Positions 29,864 through 43,805 of a DNA stretch of 64,000 bases are shown here, in pieces (position 1 is the first letter of the stretch; the number at the start of each line of letters is the position of its first letter). The stretch lies in contig CM022678.1 in NCBI GenBank assembly GCA_012295275.1, forward strand, positions 5,580,001-5,644,000, written 5' to 3'. Position numbers and translations under genes: made by a program. The stretch is from Chrysomallon squamiferum (Eukaryota > Animalia > Mollusca). Below the pieces are notes generated by a model, which had not been told where the DNA came from, searched no databases, and saw only the letters and a list, made by a program, of their open reading frames with translations.

Positions 29864-29897
<34 letters not shown>

Positions 29898-31631
29898 CCC
29901 CCTCGCTTCTGATAAAATCGTCCTTATCAGAAGCCAGGCTGTATACAGATAGTGTATGTACACAGATTTTTTTCTTCTTCTTCTTCTTCTTTTTTTTTTT
30001 TTTTTTCTTCTTCTGCCTATGCGTAAACCGGGGTAAGATCGTTAACAGTTTCCGATAAATCATCCATAACGAAAACACATCGTCTTTGATCACACGTGCC
30101 TGCTAGTTTAGAAGACATGAAGTGCCGTGTCATTACGTAATCGCTAAGAGAAAGAAGAAAAAAAAAAAAAAAAAAAAGAGAGAGAGAGAAGACTTTAGGG
30201 TTAATAAAAATTAAAAAAAAAAAAAAGAAGAAGAAGAAGAAAAATAAAGAAAAATATATAAAAAAAATAAAATTTAAAAAGAGAACGAGCGAACCGTGTT
30301 TGAAGTCACCGTTTTCTCAGGGCAAGCAATAAATTTAGTAATGAAGCATTAACACGAAACGAAATATGCCGATAAAACACGAACACGTGAGCAAACGAAG
30401 GAAACCTAGTCGTTCGAGATAACGAGATAAAATTCGATAGCGCCCACAAACAACGCATTGCTTAACTACACGGACCCCTGCCTGCCAGATCTTGATAAAG
30501 CGAGTATCAAAAAGTATAAATAATCCCATTCCGGATTCGCGTCACGGCTACGAAATTCCCATTGCTCACGTTTTCTTTTTTTTTTGTCTTCAGCGGGATT
30601 CAACGATTTTTTGATGTATTTCTGAGCAGGACTGAGCGCCTCGTTAGAAGTCGCAGTCAACTCCGGAGTTTGAGAGGAAACAGAAGCGAGGCTGACTGAC
30701 ACGCAGGAGGGAACTCTTTCTTATTCTGAAATCGCCGCAGGGTGGCGCTGTGAAGGTGTTCCGATAGAATTTTAACTTCATGGTGTTTTTTTTTTTTTTA
30801 TTTTTATTAAATTTTAATGGGTTTTTTTTTTTTTTTTTTTTTTATTTTATTTTATTTTATTTTTTTTTTTTTTTTTATTTATTTTTTTTTTTTTTTTTTT
30901 TTTTTATTTATTTTGTTTTTTATTATTTATTTATTTATTTATTTATTTATTATTATTCATTCTTTTTATTCGCCTCTATTTATTTATTTAATTATTTTTT
31001 AAGATTTTTTTGATTTATTTAATACTTGTTCTTCTTTGTTTTTTCTTTTTTTTATGTCAATACTTGTTCTTCTTTAAAATCTTTGTTTTTAATACTTTAA
31101 AATTTTTATTTATTTCTTCTTACTTTTATTTCGTTTCTTTCTCTTCTTCTTTTTCTTCTTTCTCTTCTTCTTTTTCTTCTTCTATTTCTAATCTATATTT
31201 TCTTTATAATCATTGTTCGCTTCTTAAATTCTTTTAATCATTTTTAAGTATTTATTTATTTATCTGCCTATTTATTCATTCATTCATGCATACATTCTTT
31301 AATCGTTTTATCAAAGCTTTCTCTTTTTTGTCGTAAATAAATCATTGAAAGATATATTCTATACTAATTTCCTCTTTTTTTTTCAACTTTTTTTCTTCCT
31401 TTCTGATTTAAATACACTAAACCCACTTCTTCATTCTTTCATTAAAACCTTTCTTTCTATTTTTTATTTATCTCCTCCATCTTCTTCTTCTTTTTCTTCT
31501 TCTTCTATTTTTTTTCTTCTTCTTCTATTTTTTCCACCTTATTTATTTTCCTGATCTCTTTATAGCTGTTTCTAAAAATTTACTCTCCAAACAAAGAAGT
31601 GACCTTTTTTTCCATTTTCTAATTCACACAC

Positions 31632-31662
<31 letters not shown>

Positions 31663-32172
31663 ATTCTCTGAGAAATTCCTTCCCACTTTCTTTCTGTTAG
31701 TTTTCCTTCCCACTTTCCTAAAACATTCTCAAAGTAAACTCTGCTGTATCGTGCTGTGTGTATTCACAAACAAATTTCGGTTTCTTCCAGGAACGGCGCT
31801 CCAGAACAAAGCGGCTCATTTAACGACCTGTAGATCTGTTTGTTGTTGTTCACGGTTCTTATCCTCACAACAGAAAATATAACATGTTCTCGTGTTCATA
31901 AATAAACTTCAGTTGTTCCGTGCTGCTGGTAGGGTTGTGTTTTTAACCAGAGTATATAATATATATATATATAAACATAAATTCAGAGAGAAATGAAAAA
32001 AAAAAATGGTGTGTACGTCATTATAGATAGATAGATAGATAGATAGATAGACAGACAGATAGACAGAAAAACAAACACACGCAGACATAGCTCTTCATCT
32101 GCTGTATTCAAAGGCTATGAAATATTCTTACTGTCTCAGGGAGGGTAAACATATATACAAAATATTTTGCTT

Positions 32173-32255
32173 GTCTTGATGGCCGAGCGGTAACATCTTC
32201 CGCCTTCGGAGTTTAGGGCAACTGGAGGCCAAACGTTCGAGTCTCGTCAGCGGTA
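32173..32255 (+). mobile_element. tRNA-derived SINE head or tRNA pseudogene
   Basis: A-box TGGCCGAGCGG at 32180-32190 and B-box GTTCGAGTC at 32235-32243. The stems are degenerate and there is no clean anticodon arm. Confidence 0.6.
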
Positions 32256-33462
32256 TCTGACTTTTGCGAGATCGCGATTATGCTGGTGCCTTCCTGAATA
32301 TTGTCTGTGTGCAGAGTCAAATGAGATACTTGAAACAAAGAATATTAATTCATAAATAAGTAGATATATACACACACACACAGAGACACACACAAATAGA
32401 CAGGTAGAAGGATAGCCACCGATACATTCACTTTTCATACACTTCATGCAAACCAAATCATACCACTCCACATAACCAACGAACAACACACGAAACTAAA
32501 ACGTGTTTACAGTTCTTTGTATGTGACGTCCGAAAGCAAGACAACAAAAACAAAGCCAAAACCTCACGCAAATTCGATATGTTTATTTCATGTTGCAAAC
32601 ATGGACAGATAGAACGACATAATAATAATAATAATAATAATATTACTTATGTGCATAGTTCGCTATTCTAAAACGTTTCAATAAATACATTACAACGATC
32701 GCAAAAATATACAGGGATCGTTTGTCTGTTAATAAGTTTGGCAAAAAAAAAGAGAGAAATTCCAATCACGTGATGGTCACGTGGTATGTCACATGATGAT
32801 AATACTGCATAGATGACAACGATGATTGGTGATTTTGGCAGAAAGTTAATAATGACATGCACTGAAAAGGCGTACTTGTATTTTTATATCTTAACAGAAA
32901 GAAAAAAAAGCGAGAAAAAAAAAAACGCAGTGTAGTACAATAAAAGAAAATTATTACGTTTCAGACCAGGAAAGGCGTACATGAATTTTGGTTTTGGGTT
33001 TGACACAATTAAACATGGAATAGATAAATATAATTCAAATCTCCATAACATGAAAGGCCTGTTTGAAATCTTAATATATATATTTTTTTTTTTTTTTTTT
33101 TTTTGAAATAATAAAAATAAATTAAAAATACAGTGAGAAATTATAAAAAAATGTTTAACCAGAAGAGGTATACATGAACATTGATGACTTAGGACTAAGA
33201 TAGGAGTATATAGTTTTACCAATAACATACTGAAATAAATGATCAAAAAAAACAAAAAAAAGATAATAATTATGTTTGTATGTTCTGGATAATCGCATAC
33301 GACGTTTGTAATTTTATCATGATGGTTATAAAAAAAAAAAAAAAAAAAAATTAATTCAGTGAATTCTGTTGCCTTAATATAAAAATAAAAATTCAATATT
33401 AAATACCGAACAATGAGCAACAACTATAGCTCATAATGAAATATAGTTCTTTTTAATAGTGA

Positions 33463-33548
<86 letters not shown>

Positions 33549-34169
33549 TTCATTCATTTATTTATTTACGTTTTCCATTAATTTTAGTTTCAAAGATTAA
33601 TGAAAGAAACAATTAATTAATTAATTAAGTAGTAGTAGTAATAGTGGTAGTAGCAGCAGCAATAGTAGTAGTAGCAGTAACAGTAAAAATAATAGTGATG
33701 AAGCAGTAGCAGCAGCAGTAGCAATTATGTTGTTGTTGCTGTTGTTGTTGCTGTTGTTACTGTCAAAATAGTAATATCAGCAGTAGGAATAGAAACTGCA
33801 CAATAGACACAATAATAAAATATTCGCTGCAAGAAGCAAGCAATGCATAGTCATTTTTGCACAAAGACATCATCATATAACATAATATTCAAAATTATAC
33901 TCATCATAAGAAAATAAATCTATAGCTTCCAATAATCATTATAATTAATAATATAATTCGACAGCAGTATAAAAGCACTAAAAAATGACTGTACAAATGG
34001 CACATAATTCACTCTCTGTTTTTTTTTTTTTGGCACTCAACATTCTATATGTACAACAACCAAAAAAATAATAATAATAAAAAATGTAAATCTTAATCAT
34101 GTTCAATGTACATGTATTAATAAACAAACTGGCAGTTTTATTTTAACAAATGTTGGTTACAAGAGAAAA

Positions 34170-34720
34170 ATCTATATTACGTTGGAATTTGTAATCTTAC
34201 GTTACCAGAGATAGCAATACTACGTTACCGGAATCATCAATGCTACGTTGCGTATTTCTACGTGTAAGTAATGTTACGTTACCACAAATAGTAAAATTAC
34301 GTTGCTACAATTTGTTATTTTAGTTTATATAAACGAGTAATGCTAAGTCGGTATACCGAGTAATATTAGTTTACCAAAATAGGTAACATTACGTTACAAA
34401 GTAGTTTACGTGATGCTACAGTGCCAGAATCAGTGACGTCGTGCAACCAGGATTAATAACGTTACGTCACCAGAATACACGATGATACATTACATAACTG
34501 CGTGGTAATAATGCCACACTACGAGAAATACATCAACAAAAGATTCATTCACCACAATCACGTTACGTAGGAATGAATGATTCAGTGTTATTTGAAATAC
34601 GTTACCGTAATCAGCCATTTTACGTTACTGCATAGTTAATAAATTAACACAACTACTTTATGCTACCGTAATTATTCCTGGTGCTACGTTGTAATAATAG
34701 ACGTATTACGGTACCTCGAG
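34170..34720. repeat. Degenerate tandem repeat built on tacgttac
   Basis: (t/c)tacgtt(ac/gc) recurs at roughly 21-22-bp spacing. Confidence 0.6.
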
Positions 34721-37511
34721 GAATATTTATATTTAAAGTAAGTATAAAATGGTAATTAAAATTACTTTCGTTATTAGGACAGATGAAAAGAGATACGATA
34801 CCGGATTAACAGCAAGATATCGTTATAAGATATAGTTTACTAGCTTAACCATAACTTTCCAGAATACGAATTACGTAATATAACATTACGTAGATATAAC
34901 GCTTAGCATATTCACTAACCTAACAATTAAATTTGCGCAGAAAAGCATTATGCTATTTTAATCATACTTCAGACTGTGTAATAGTACATATTACGTAACA
35001 GTTATCGTTTATCTTGTGTAACTTTGCAATGACGTCACATATTATGTCATCAAAGGTTGATAACATTTTAGCAGAATTTACTACTTATTTTAAAATCATA
35101 ACATCTAATGAAATTAATAGACGGAACAAAGATAATAGATAAACTGATTTTCGTTGTAGTTTGGTCTAAAAGTCCTGGGGATTCTAGTAACTATTTTTAG
35201 CACAACATAGACACCATATTATATCAGCACAGTGTGTGTATTTAGTTAAAAGGCAAATACAGGTATCAATTTCCAAAGGCACAGTGTAGGTTCCTAATTA
35301 TAAAGACACAAAAATATTATGGCTTAATTAATTTCTCAAGTGAAAGTTTAAAGCACAACAGGCGCATATCATTTCAAAGGCACAAGATGAATAAATAATT
35401 TTAAAAGCGTCACAACAATCGTTAATTAACATTTTTTTTTTTTTAAATAATTAACGTTTCAAAATTTTACACGATCTAAAAACAGAAAAATATATGCAAA
35501 TCAAAATTAGATATGGATCATAATATTTATTTAATACTAAATGTATTTATGATACTTTTGGCAAAGTATATCACATGAACTGTAATATTATTACGTATTT
35601 GGATTTAAGGACGGCATCGTTCGGTAATCTCCGGTAAGGATCGTGATTGCAAATACGTTGGACGAGATCATTTAGAATACGTTCGTCTATGTTCGTAAAG
35701 ATAAATGGCTTATTAGTAAATCATGAATATTACTGATCGGACATTTTCGTAGTGTATGCTACGAATATTACCGTTCGTAAATGATCGGTAATGTTCGTAC
35801 GTTTCTACGAAATAAATTATGAAATTTTGTATTAACTTCGCTCGATAATAAGACTTAAGTCATATTTTAGTATTCAACATTTTCATTTTAGATGTTTTCT
35901 AAACAGTTTTAAATTAATATAATCAAAGATTAGTCTTTGGTAAGTAAATAACTGATTATTAATTTGAATCTCACCACACATATTTTATCATCATCATCAT
36001 TATTATATTATTACCATCACCATGATTATTATGACGAGGTGATGACTGTCTAAATTACTATTATTATTATCATTATCATCATCATTTTATAACAATTATT
36101 TAGGCCTATAATATTTGACAATGTAATATTAAACTTGATATTGCCATTATAAGACAACTATTGGTGATAAACAGCGACCGATTTTTAAAAAAATTTAGTT
36201 TTAATTTATTTTTTATGGAATATACAGAATACTAAAATACGACTTCATATCAAAATGATTACCGCATATTCGCCTCTTTAGAGAAATCGTTTTGATAAGA
36301 CACTGTTATAAAGATATTCAGCCATATTTGCTTAGAAAGTATTCACATCCTAGTAAAAACATGATGTATAAAATATAATTGAATCGGATGAAAAATAATG
36401 ATAAAAAAAAAAGGCATACAAATCATGAGAATAAATTTTTACATATGTACATTTTATCAAGTTCCATTTCACACAAAAAAAAAAAAAAAAAAAAGAAAAA
36501 TTAAATACACTACAAATAATAATTATGCAAAATAATTAATGATACAGTTAATTATAGAAATGTAATGAATAAAATAAATGGCATCGTCAATTTCGTTAAT
36601 TACATATGCATATTGATACATCTACGACATTCTGACTTTGTCGTAATAGTTATGGACTACGTGCGTCATTATAATTATAGTCATAAATTAATACGATTTA
36701 TAACAAGAAAAAGTAGACCCTAATTTTGAAAATTAAGGGTCGGTCATATGTAAAATGATGCTCCATAAAAAATGTTCGGGGGGGGAAGGGAAGTGAGATT
36801 TAAGTCAGTAGATGGTAAATTGAAAACCACACCCCAAAACAGAACAATCTCAGATTTTTAAAGTACGTTCCCTGATGTTAATTGGTTAAAGCTTTTTCAT
36901 GAAAACACACACGTCCGTGTGTCTTTTCCTCCGTAACAAAAAAAAAAGTGTTCACGCCCAATCTGCTCTACCTCCGGCGGTACAACATGGGGGTGGGGCT
37001 CCATCGCACCTCTGTGTGCACACACCCCTTGCATAATACGAGTCACCTCAAATGTGATTCCCTTTGTTCCGTTCCTTTTCGCACACGTATAATAATGATT
37101 GTGAATGTAAATTTTTTTCAATTTAAAGAAAAAATAATAATTAAAAAAAAAGGCACTGACATATAAATTATTAAATTAATGAGTTTTTCGTCAAAAAATA
37201 AAAATTAAAAAAAATTAAAAAAAAAAAAAAAAATACACAGATTAACATTAGATTAATTCCTTTCATCTTTTGTTGCAGAAAGTGAGGTAGTGGTCGTCAG
37301 TTTTCGTTGATTTCCGTAACTCGACAACAAAAAATTTCGTCTGTCTTTACGAGGAGACATTTTACGTTTAATGACGTCATCGAATATGTGTTATCTGTCC
37401 TGCAGCGGGAACGAGCAAATGAATCAAGCGCCGCCACTTTTCCTTAGAAACGATTCCTCGGCAACGGTTGTCACGATGCGTAATGACGTCATATTAGTTA
37501 CTAAAACGTCA

Positions 37512-37831
37512 TCAGTTTGCTCCTACCGATACCGCATTAAGTGATGACGTGTCCTGCATGTGTAAACCATTGTGCGCGTGAGGATCTGAGTCCATATGTA
37601 CTGGAACTGCTTTTGGCGGAGACGGAGTGGCGAACATGTGACCTGGTGACGTCATATTAATGGGCGAGCTCATTGTTGTACTGGACTCCGAGACGCTGCC
37701 GGGACTAAGTGACGTCAGCGTCCCGTTAGGTAAACTGAGGTTGGTGATTGAGTGGTTGGGAGACGATGACGCGTGCCCATTGGTCGTGTTCTGCAGTGAC
37801 GTCATAGAGGGAGACTGTGACTGTTTCATGT
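37512..37831 (-). CDS. GATA4/5/6: GATA4/5/6 last coding exon (Ser/Thr/Pro-rich C-terminus) with stop
   Basis: Acceptor ctatttCAG|AC completes Asp with the phase-1 G. Reads DMKQSQSPSMTS...LNAVSVGAN*. GC content is above the flanks, and the total CDS of 1584 nt is divisible by 3. Confidence 0.88.
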
Positions 37832-38512
37832 CTGAAATAGTGAAATACATTATAATTAATACCCGTTATACTAGCTGCAACATAATGCTGCAACAATATA
37901 TATGCTATAATATATATATGTGTTTATCTATATCTATCTATCTCTGTCTATCTATCTATCTATCTATCTATCTATCCACCCACACACGCGCACACACACC
38001 TATGTGTATATAGACGGATAAAACATTATGATTAATCCCATTACAATAAATAAATAAATCAGTTATGCATAAATTCTCGAAAAAGAATGATACACAGAGA
38101 AAGTCACGTTGACAATAACAAATAAGGTTACTGTCGTCATTCGTCTAAAAATAGAAGTTTACTTTAAACGATTCCAGCGAGGTCAGTTTAATAACCGAAC
38201 TAGGGTAACTTATATTTAACAGCAGGTCGACCCACTCAGAATTTATATATAAACAGCGAGTATATTTTTAATTTGTCCAAATTACCGAGCAACTTTCTTT
38301 AAAATTGCCAGGTCTAATAACTCCTGAACGACGTCTGATAACTGGTAAACACCTCGTTTACCAGTATAACGCAGAAAAAAAAAAAAATTAAAAAAATATA
38401 TATTTACTTTATTTTTCCCACAGAAACTAGTTTTACGATCTCTAAATTAAACGGCTTGCAAGAACATTTGTTCCCATACCCTCACTGCCGTCATTAATCT
38501 TTCTCCATTTTT

Positions 38513-38551
<39 letters not shown>

Positions 38552-40392
38552 ATTTATAAATAAACCGGACATAAAATAAATCATTATTATTTATTTTCTA
38601 GCGATATTTATTTAAAATTTCTACAAAATATTTTCCCCAAAATGCGACCGTGATCTTTTTTTTTTTTTTTTTTTTTTTTTTTTGCCATGATGACAGACGT
38701 AATTAAAACGCAAAACGTTAAAATTAAAACGTTAGAATTTGTTTTTCTAAGCGTTATTCACACGACATCTAGTATAGTTACCGTTCTGTTTTATTCTGAA
38801 GCCAAAAAAAAAAATATTTATTAAAAAAAAAAAATTCTAGAACTTTAATAAACGAAAGCTCTGTCTCAGCATCACAACTCATAAACGACCGCTACTAAAA
38901 GCGTACTACAAACATTCCTAGAAGTATTGAACTTTGACCCCGCGGGTCTATAAAATTATTGACTCAGGAACGTGCAAACACCCACTGACCCCGATACTGA
39001 CGCCAAGACGGCCCGTTGCTCGTGCTCTCGCGCACCTCTCGCGCACCCCGCGCGCACCCCACGCGCCCCAAACTCGACACTGAGGCTGTTATTTCTTTGG
39101 CATCCCCAATTGACTTTATTACGAGAAAAGAAGAAGAAAAAAAAAAATAAAAAAAAATGAAAAGACAGAATGAACTCTGAGGAAGATAATGTTACGGAGA
39201 ATGTAGAGTTTGGAAAAATGTGTAGACTTTCATAATGTTTATTTTTAAACCTAAAAAACAATGTTGTATGTTTTTAAAAGACGACAAAAGAAATGGCTCA
39301 GATTAAAAAGAGACGTAGAAACGTATGTAAAACTATGTAATGTACAGCTGTGTATGTATATGTACTTGTTTATATATGTGTATGTGTGTATGTGTGTATT
39401 TGTGTATGTATGTACGTATATATGTGTGTGTGTATATATATGTTTATATATATACATATATCTATATATATGTGTATGTGTGTGTGTATGTTTGTGCGTG
39501 TGTGTTTGTATGTAGCATTATATGTGTATTTCTGTGCATGTATTAAGCATTTAATACATTATACTTATCCGACAGACTGCACACACATTCACGCACATAA
39601 TTACGCACGCTTACTCGAATATATATGCACCAGTACAAGATTACATATATAGCATTAAACGGATAAATAATTATTCCAACACACACACACACACACACAC
39701 ATACCAATCACCCACTCACACACACGCACACATAAAAACAAAAGACTGAAAAATATTTTTTTTAAACTGACACACCGCTATTTTTGATAAATATAAACCA
39801 AACAAAAGTGACAGGTAGCCAGTCTAGTATAGGACGACAAGTCGAAAGGCTGTGACGGACTGACTTTCAGAAGACTAATTTGAGTTTCTTTAAGAATTAA
39901 TTGGAATTAAATGAAGGGAAACCACACACACACACGCTGGGCCGGGGTAAGGGGGGGAGATGTCAATCGCCAATTATATATAGGTGATTTTTTTTTTTTG
40001 AGAAGTTAGTAACTTAGAATCATATCTTGGGAATTTCGTGTGAGAATGTGTGACTGGAAGATATTGTTTTGTTTTTTTTCTCACGATATTTTTTTTTTTT
40101 AAGACTATCAGAACAGTTTGGTGCTAGACTGCTGGAATTGATTATTATGATTCTTTTTTTTTTTTTTTAATTGTTATGTTGTATACACATACAAACACAC
40201 AGGATACAGTCATATATTATACGTAGAAACATATATACATATATATCTGTCTCTTAGCTGCAAATGTATTTTCGATAAACATACATCTAATTAAATAGAG
40301 ATGTATACATATCTGTGTTCTGTATGTGTTTATATCCATCTGTCTATCTATCTATATACACACACACACATGCATATATATATATGAAGATA

Positions 40393-40492
<100 letters not shown>

Positions 40493-40726
40493 TGTCTCTG
40501 TCTCTGTTACATATACATTTTCGATTATTTTCGAAACTGGTACAACAGAGTATTAAATTTGTCTCTTTTTTAATATAGAAATTACAAAAATTGAATACAA
40601 AATGTCATTTGTGTATGAAACACTGTATAAAATGTATTTTCTGTATTAAAATTTGAAATAATGGCTGAAAAAAAAAAAATAATAATAATAATAATAACAA
40701 TAATAATAATAATAATTAACATTTAC

Positions 40727-40829
40727 CTTGCGGTTCACTTTTAACCAAAGTTTTACTTTTAGAAAGACTTTTCGGTTTTCTTTTCCTTGTCTGTATTCCG
40801 TCTTTCTTCATCGCCAATGGTCTGTTCAC
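40727..40829 (-). CDS. GATA4/5/6: GATA4/5/6 exon encoding the basic tail / NLS
   Basis: Acceptor ttttCAG|GTG and donor AAG|GTAAAT. Translates [34 protein letters not shown]. 103 nt, phase 0 to 1. Confidence 0.96.
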
Positions 40830-40914
40830 CTGAAAACATGACGTCATCAATTGTCACACTACGTCATAAACTCTCATTTTTACTTAGCAACGACGAAAGA
40901 CATAACATTATGAA

Positions 40915-40987
<73 letters not shown>

Positions 40988-41325
40988 ATATATATTAATA
41001 TTTTAACACAAGAACAACTGTTTCTAGTAGGCCTATATATATTGAACAGTAGGATGATAGAAAATAAAGTAGGATGACGTTATAAAATATTTATCATTTT
41101 CTAAACAGATTCCAAAGGAAATATTTTATAAAATTAAAAGTACTGTCATAATTTATTATTATTTTATTTTATTTTATTTTATTTTATTTTTTCGTTCATT
41201 CGTTCCTTCATTTATTTGTTATTCGTTCATTCATTCATGCATACGTTCGTTTGTCTTTATTTATTTTTCGTGAGAGTGGGTTCAGTTTTAATACAAATAC
41301 TAATAAATAAATAAACATAAACACA

Positions 41326-41372
<47 letters not shown>

Positions 41373-41567
41373 ACAAACAAACAAACAAATAAACAAAACA
41401 AAAATAAATAAATTAAATAAAATTAAATTAAATAAATAATACAACAATAGAGGTCTACTATAAAAAAAAAATGTTAGCTACATAACCTTCTCACAAAATG
41501 TAAGACACCAAAACACACGCACAGACAGACACACACGCACAGACGAACCGACCTACGGACCACTTAC

Positions 41568-41693
41568 GCCGTGTAGTTTATAATAAAGGCCGCAGGCGTT
41601 GCAGACTGGTTCCCCGTCGTTGTTGCGCCTCCACAGTGTCGTTGTACTGGTGTGGCAGTTAGCACACGACAGGCCAACCCGTCTTGAGGCCGA
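41568..41693 (-). CDS. GATA4/5/6: GATA4/5/6 exon encoding the C-terminal zinc finger
   Basis: Acceptor ttttTCAG|TCG and donor GGC|GTAAGT. Translates [42 protein letters not shown]. 126 nt, phase 0 to 0. This frame is absent from the ORF track. Confidence 0.97.
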
Positions 41694-42146
41694 CTGAAAA
41701 ACAGGATATTTGTAGTCGTGCTCTTGTGAATACTTTTAAAAAAATAGAAAAATAAATAAAATAAATATGTTTAATCCCAAAAGAACTGAAAAATAGGATA
41801 TTTGTAGTCTTTACGTTTAATACTTGTGAAAAACAGGATATTTTTTTGCTCTTGTGAAAAAAAAATAAATAAATAAATAAATAAATTTTTAATCCCAAAA
41901 AGAACTGAAAAACAGGATATTTGTAGTCGTGCTCTTGTGAATACTTTTAAAAAAATAAATAAATAAACTGAAAAACGTTTAAATACCAAAAATAACTGAA
42001 AAAAAAAGGACTGAAAAATAGGATATTTGTAGTCTTGTTCTTGTGAATATTTTTTTAAAAAATAATAAATAAATAAATATGTTTAATCCCAAAAGAACTG
42101 AAAAACAGGATATTTGTAGTCGTGCTCTTGTGAATACTTTTTAAAA

Positions 42147-42177
<31 letters not shown>

Positions 42178-42835
42178 ATAAAAACCAAAAAAAAATAAAT
42201 AAATAAATACGACTGAAAAATAGGATATTTGTAGTCTTGTTCTTGTGAATATTTTTTTTTTAAAAATAAATAAATATGTTTAATCCCAAAAGAACTGAAA
42301 AACAGGATATTTGTAGTCGTGCTCTTGTGAATACTTTTTAAAAAAATAAACAAATAAATACGTTTAATACCAAAAGAACTGAAAAATAGGATATTTGTAG
42401 TCTTGTTCTTGTGAATATTTTTTTTTAAAAATAAATAAATATGTTTAATCCCAAAAGAACTGAAAAACAGGATATTTGTAGTCGTGCTCTTGTGAATACT
42501 TTTTAAAAAAATAAATAAATAATTACGTTTAATACCAATAGAACTGAAAAACAGGATATTTGTAGTCGTGCTCTTGTGAATACTTTTAAAAAAATAAATA
42601 AATATATAAGTAAATAAATATGTTTAATCCCCAAAAGACTGAAAAATAGGATATTTGTAGTCTTGCTCTTGTGAATACGTTTTAAAAAAAAAATAAATAA
42701 ATACGTTTAATCCCAAAGGAAAATAGGATTTTGTTCCCTGCTTGTGAATACAAAAAAAAATATATAAATAGAAATATCCGATTAATATATATTTTATGTT
42801 TAATCCCCAAAAAGACAGAAAAATAGGATATTTGT
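41694..42835 (-). repeat. ~82-85-bp tandem repeat whose unit contains the 3' splice acceptor of the GATA C-finger exon
   Basis: The unit ctgaaaaa(c/t)aggatatttgtagtc(g/t)tg(c/t)tcttgtgaata recurs at about 41694, 41786, 41906, 42011, 42098, 42213, 42295, 42379, 42460, 42545 and 42638, plus degenerate copies. Confidence 0.93.
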
Positions 42836-43213
42836 ATTCCTGAACAATTTAAAATAAATATATTTCAAATAAAAAACAAAAAATTAGAAACAAAAATAGT
42901 AAATAAATAAAAAAATAATAAATAAATTTAAAAAAAAATTAAAAATTAAAAATAAAAAAAATAATAATAATAAAAAAAAATTAATTAATAAACAAACAAA
43001 TAGAAATATAATAAGATAGGAAAAAAAATAAATAAATAAACAAACTAATTAAAAATCAAAACGTATTATTAAAATAATTAATAAATACGTTTATTCAAAA
43101 GGACTGAAAAATATTTTGTACATTCAACAAATTATTAACACGGGCGATGCTCAACCACAAGTAGGCGGTCCTGTGGGCGGAGCTACAAGACAAAAGCGCG
43201 ACAATGACTGACA

Positions 43214-43700
43214 GTTCAGGAAAAACCGTCTTCCCGTAACCAGCTGCCCGATATCTCTCTCGGCCAGATTGCCTTCGATCACGTGACTGCACGCGGATAC
43301 TAAAATATGTTTTGCTGGCGGACCGCACCTGTTGGCGTTTCATAAAATCTATGCGGGTATAAAGAATTTTATATCTGAGCTCCGAAAAAAAAATTCCGCA
43401 AACAAATGAAATATAATAAGCGGTCAATTTGAAACAAATAAACAAACTAATTAAGTTAAACGATTGTTTTAAATGCGTTTTTCACCCTGTAATGTTTTCT
43501 GTCAACCAAAGTCTTAAGTGTGGAGAGAGAGACAAAAGAGAATGAGAAGTTCAGGAAAAAACCGAGAACCAGGGGCCCGATATCTCTCTCGGCCAGATTG
43601 CCTTCGAGAGAGACTGCAGCGATACTAAAATATGTTTTGAGAGCGGAGAGAGAGGCGAGATAAAATCTATGGGGTCAAAGAATTTTATTCTGAACACAGA
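43214..43700 (+). repeat. Direct duplication: 43214-43400 repeated at 43548-43700
   Basis: Shared agttcaggaaaaaccg, cccgatatctctctcggccagattgccttcga, gatactaaaatatgttttg and ataaaatctatg. Confidence 0.85.
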
Positions 43701-43805
43701 AGGAAAAAGAATGAAGAAAAAGTAAGTGTTAGGAGGAGGAAAAAATGGACAGAAAAAGTCATCATTTTCTGTCAAAAGTCTTAGACAGTAAAGAGAAATA
43801 AAGAT

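Noticed and set aside
32173-32255. Functional tRNA gene
   Set aside because: A and B boxes are present, but the acceptor and anticodon stems do not pair convincingly.
38341-38365. 10-bp hairpin actggtaaac/gtttaccagt
   Set aside because: Short and isolated; could occur by chance in 64 kb.
41694-42835. Regularly spaced ~40-bp conserved cores with variable spacers, superficially CRISPR-like
   Set aside because: The context is a eukaryotic intron, the spacers are related AT-rich sequences rather than unique ones, and there are no cas genes.
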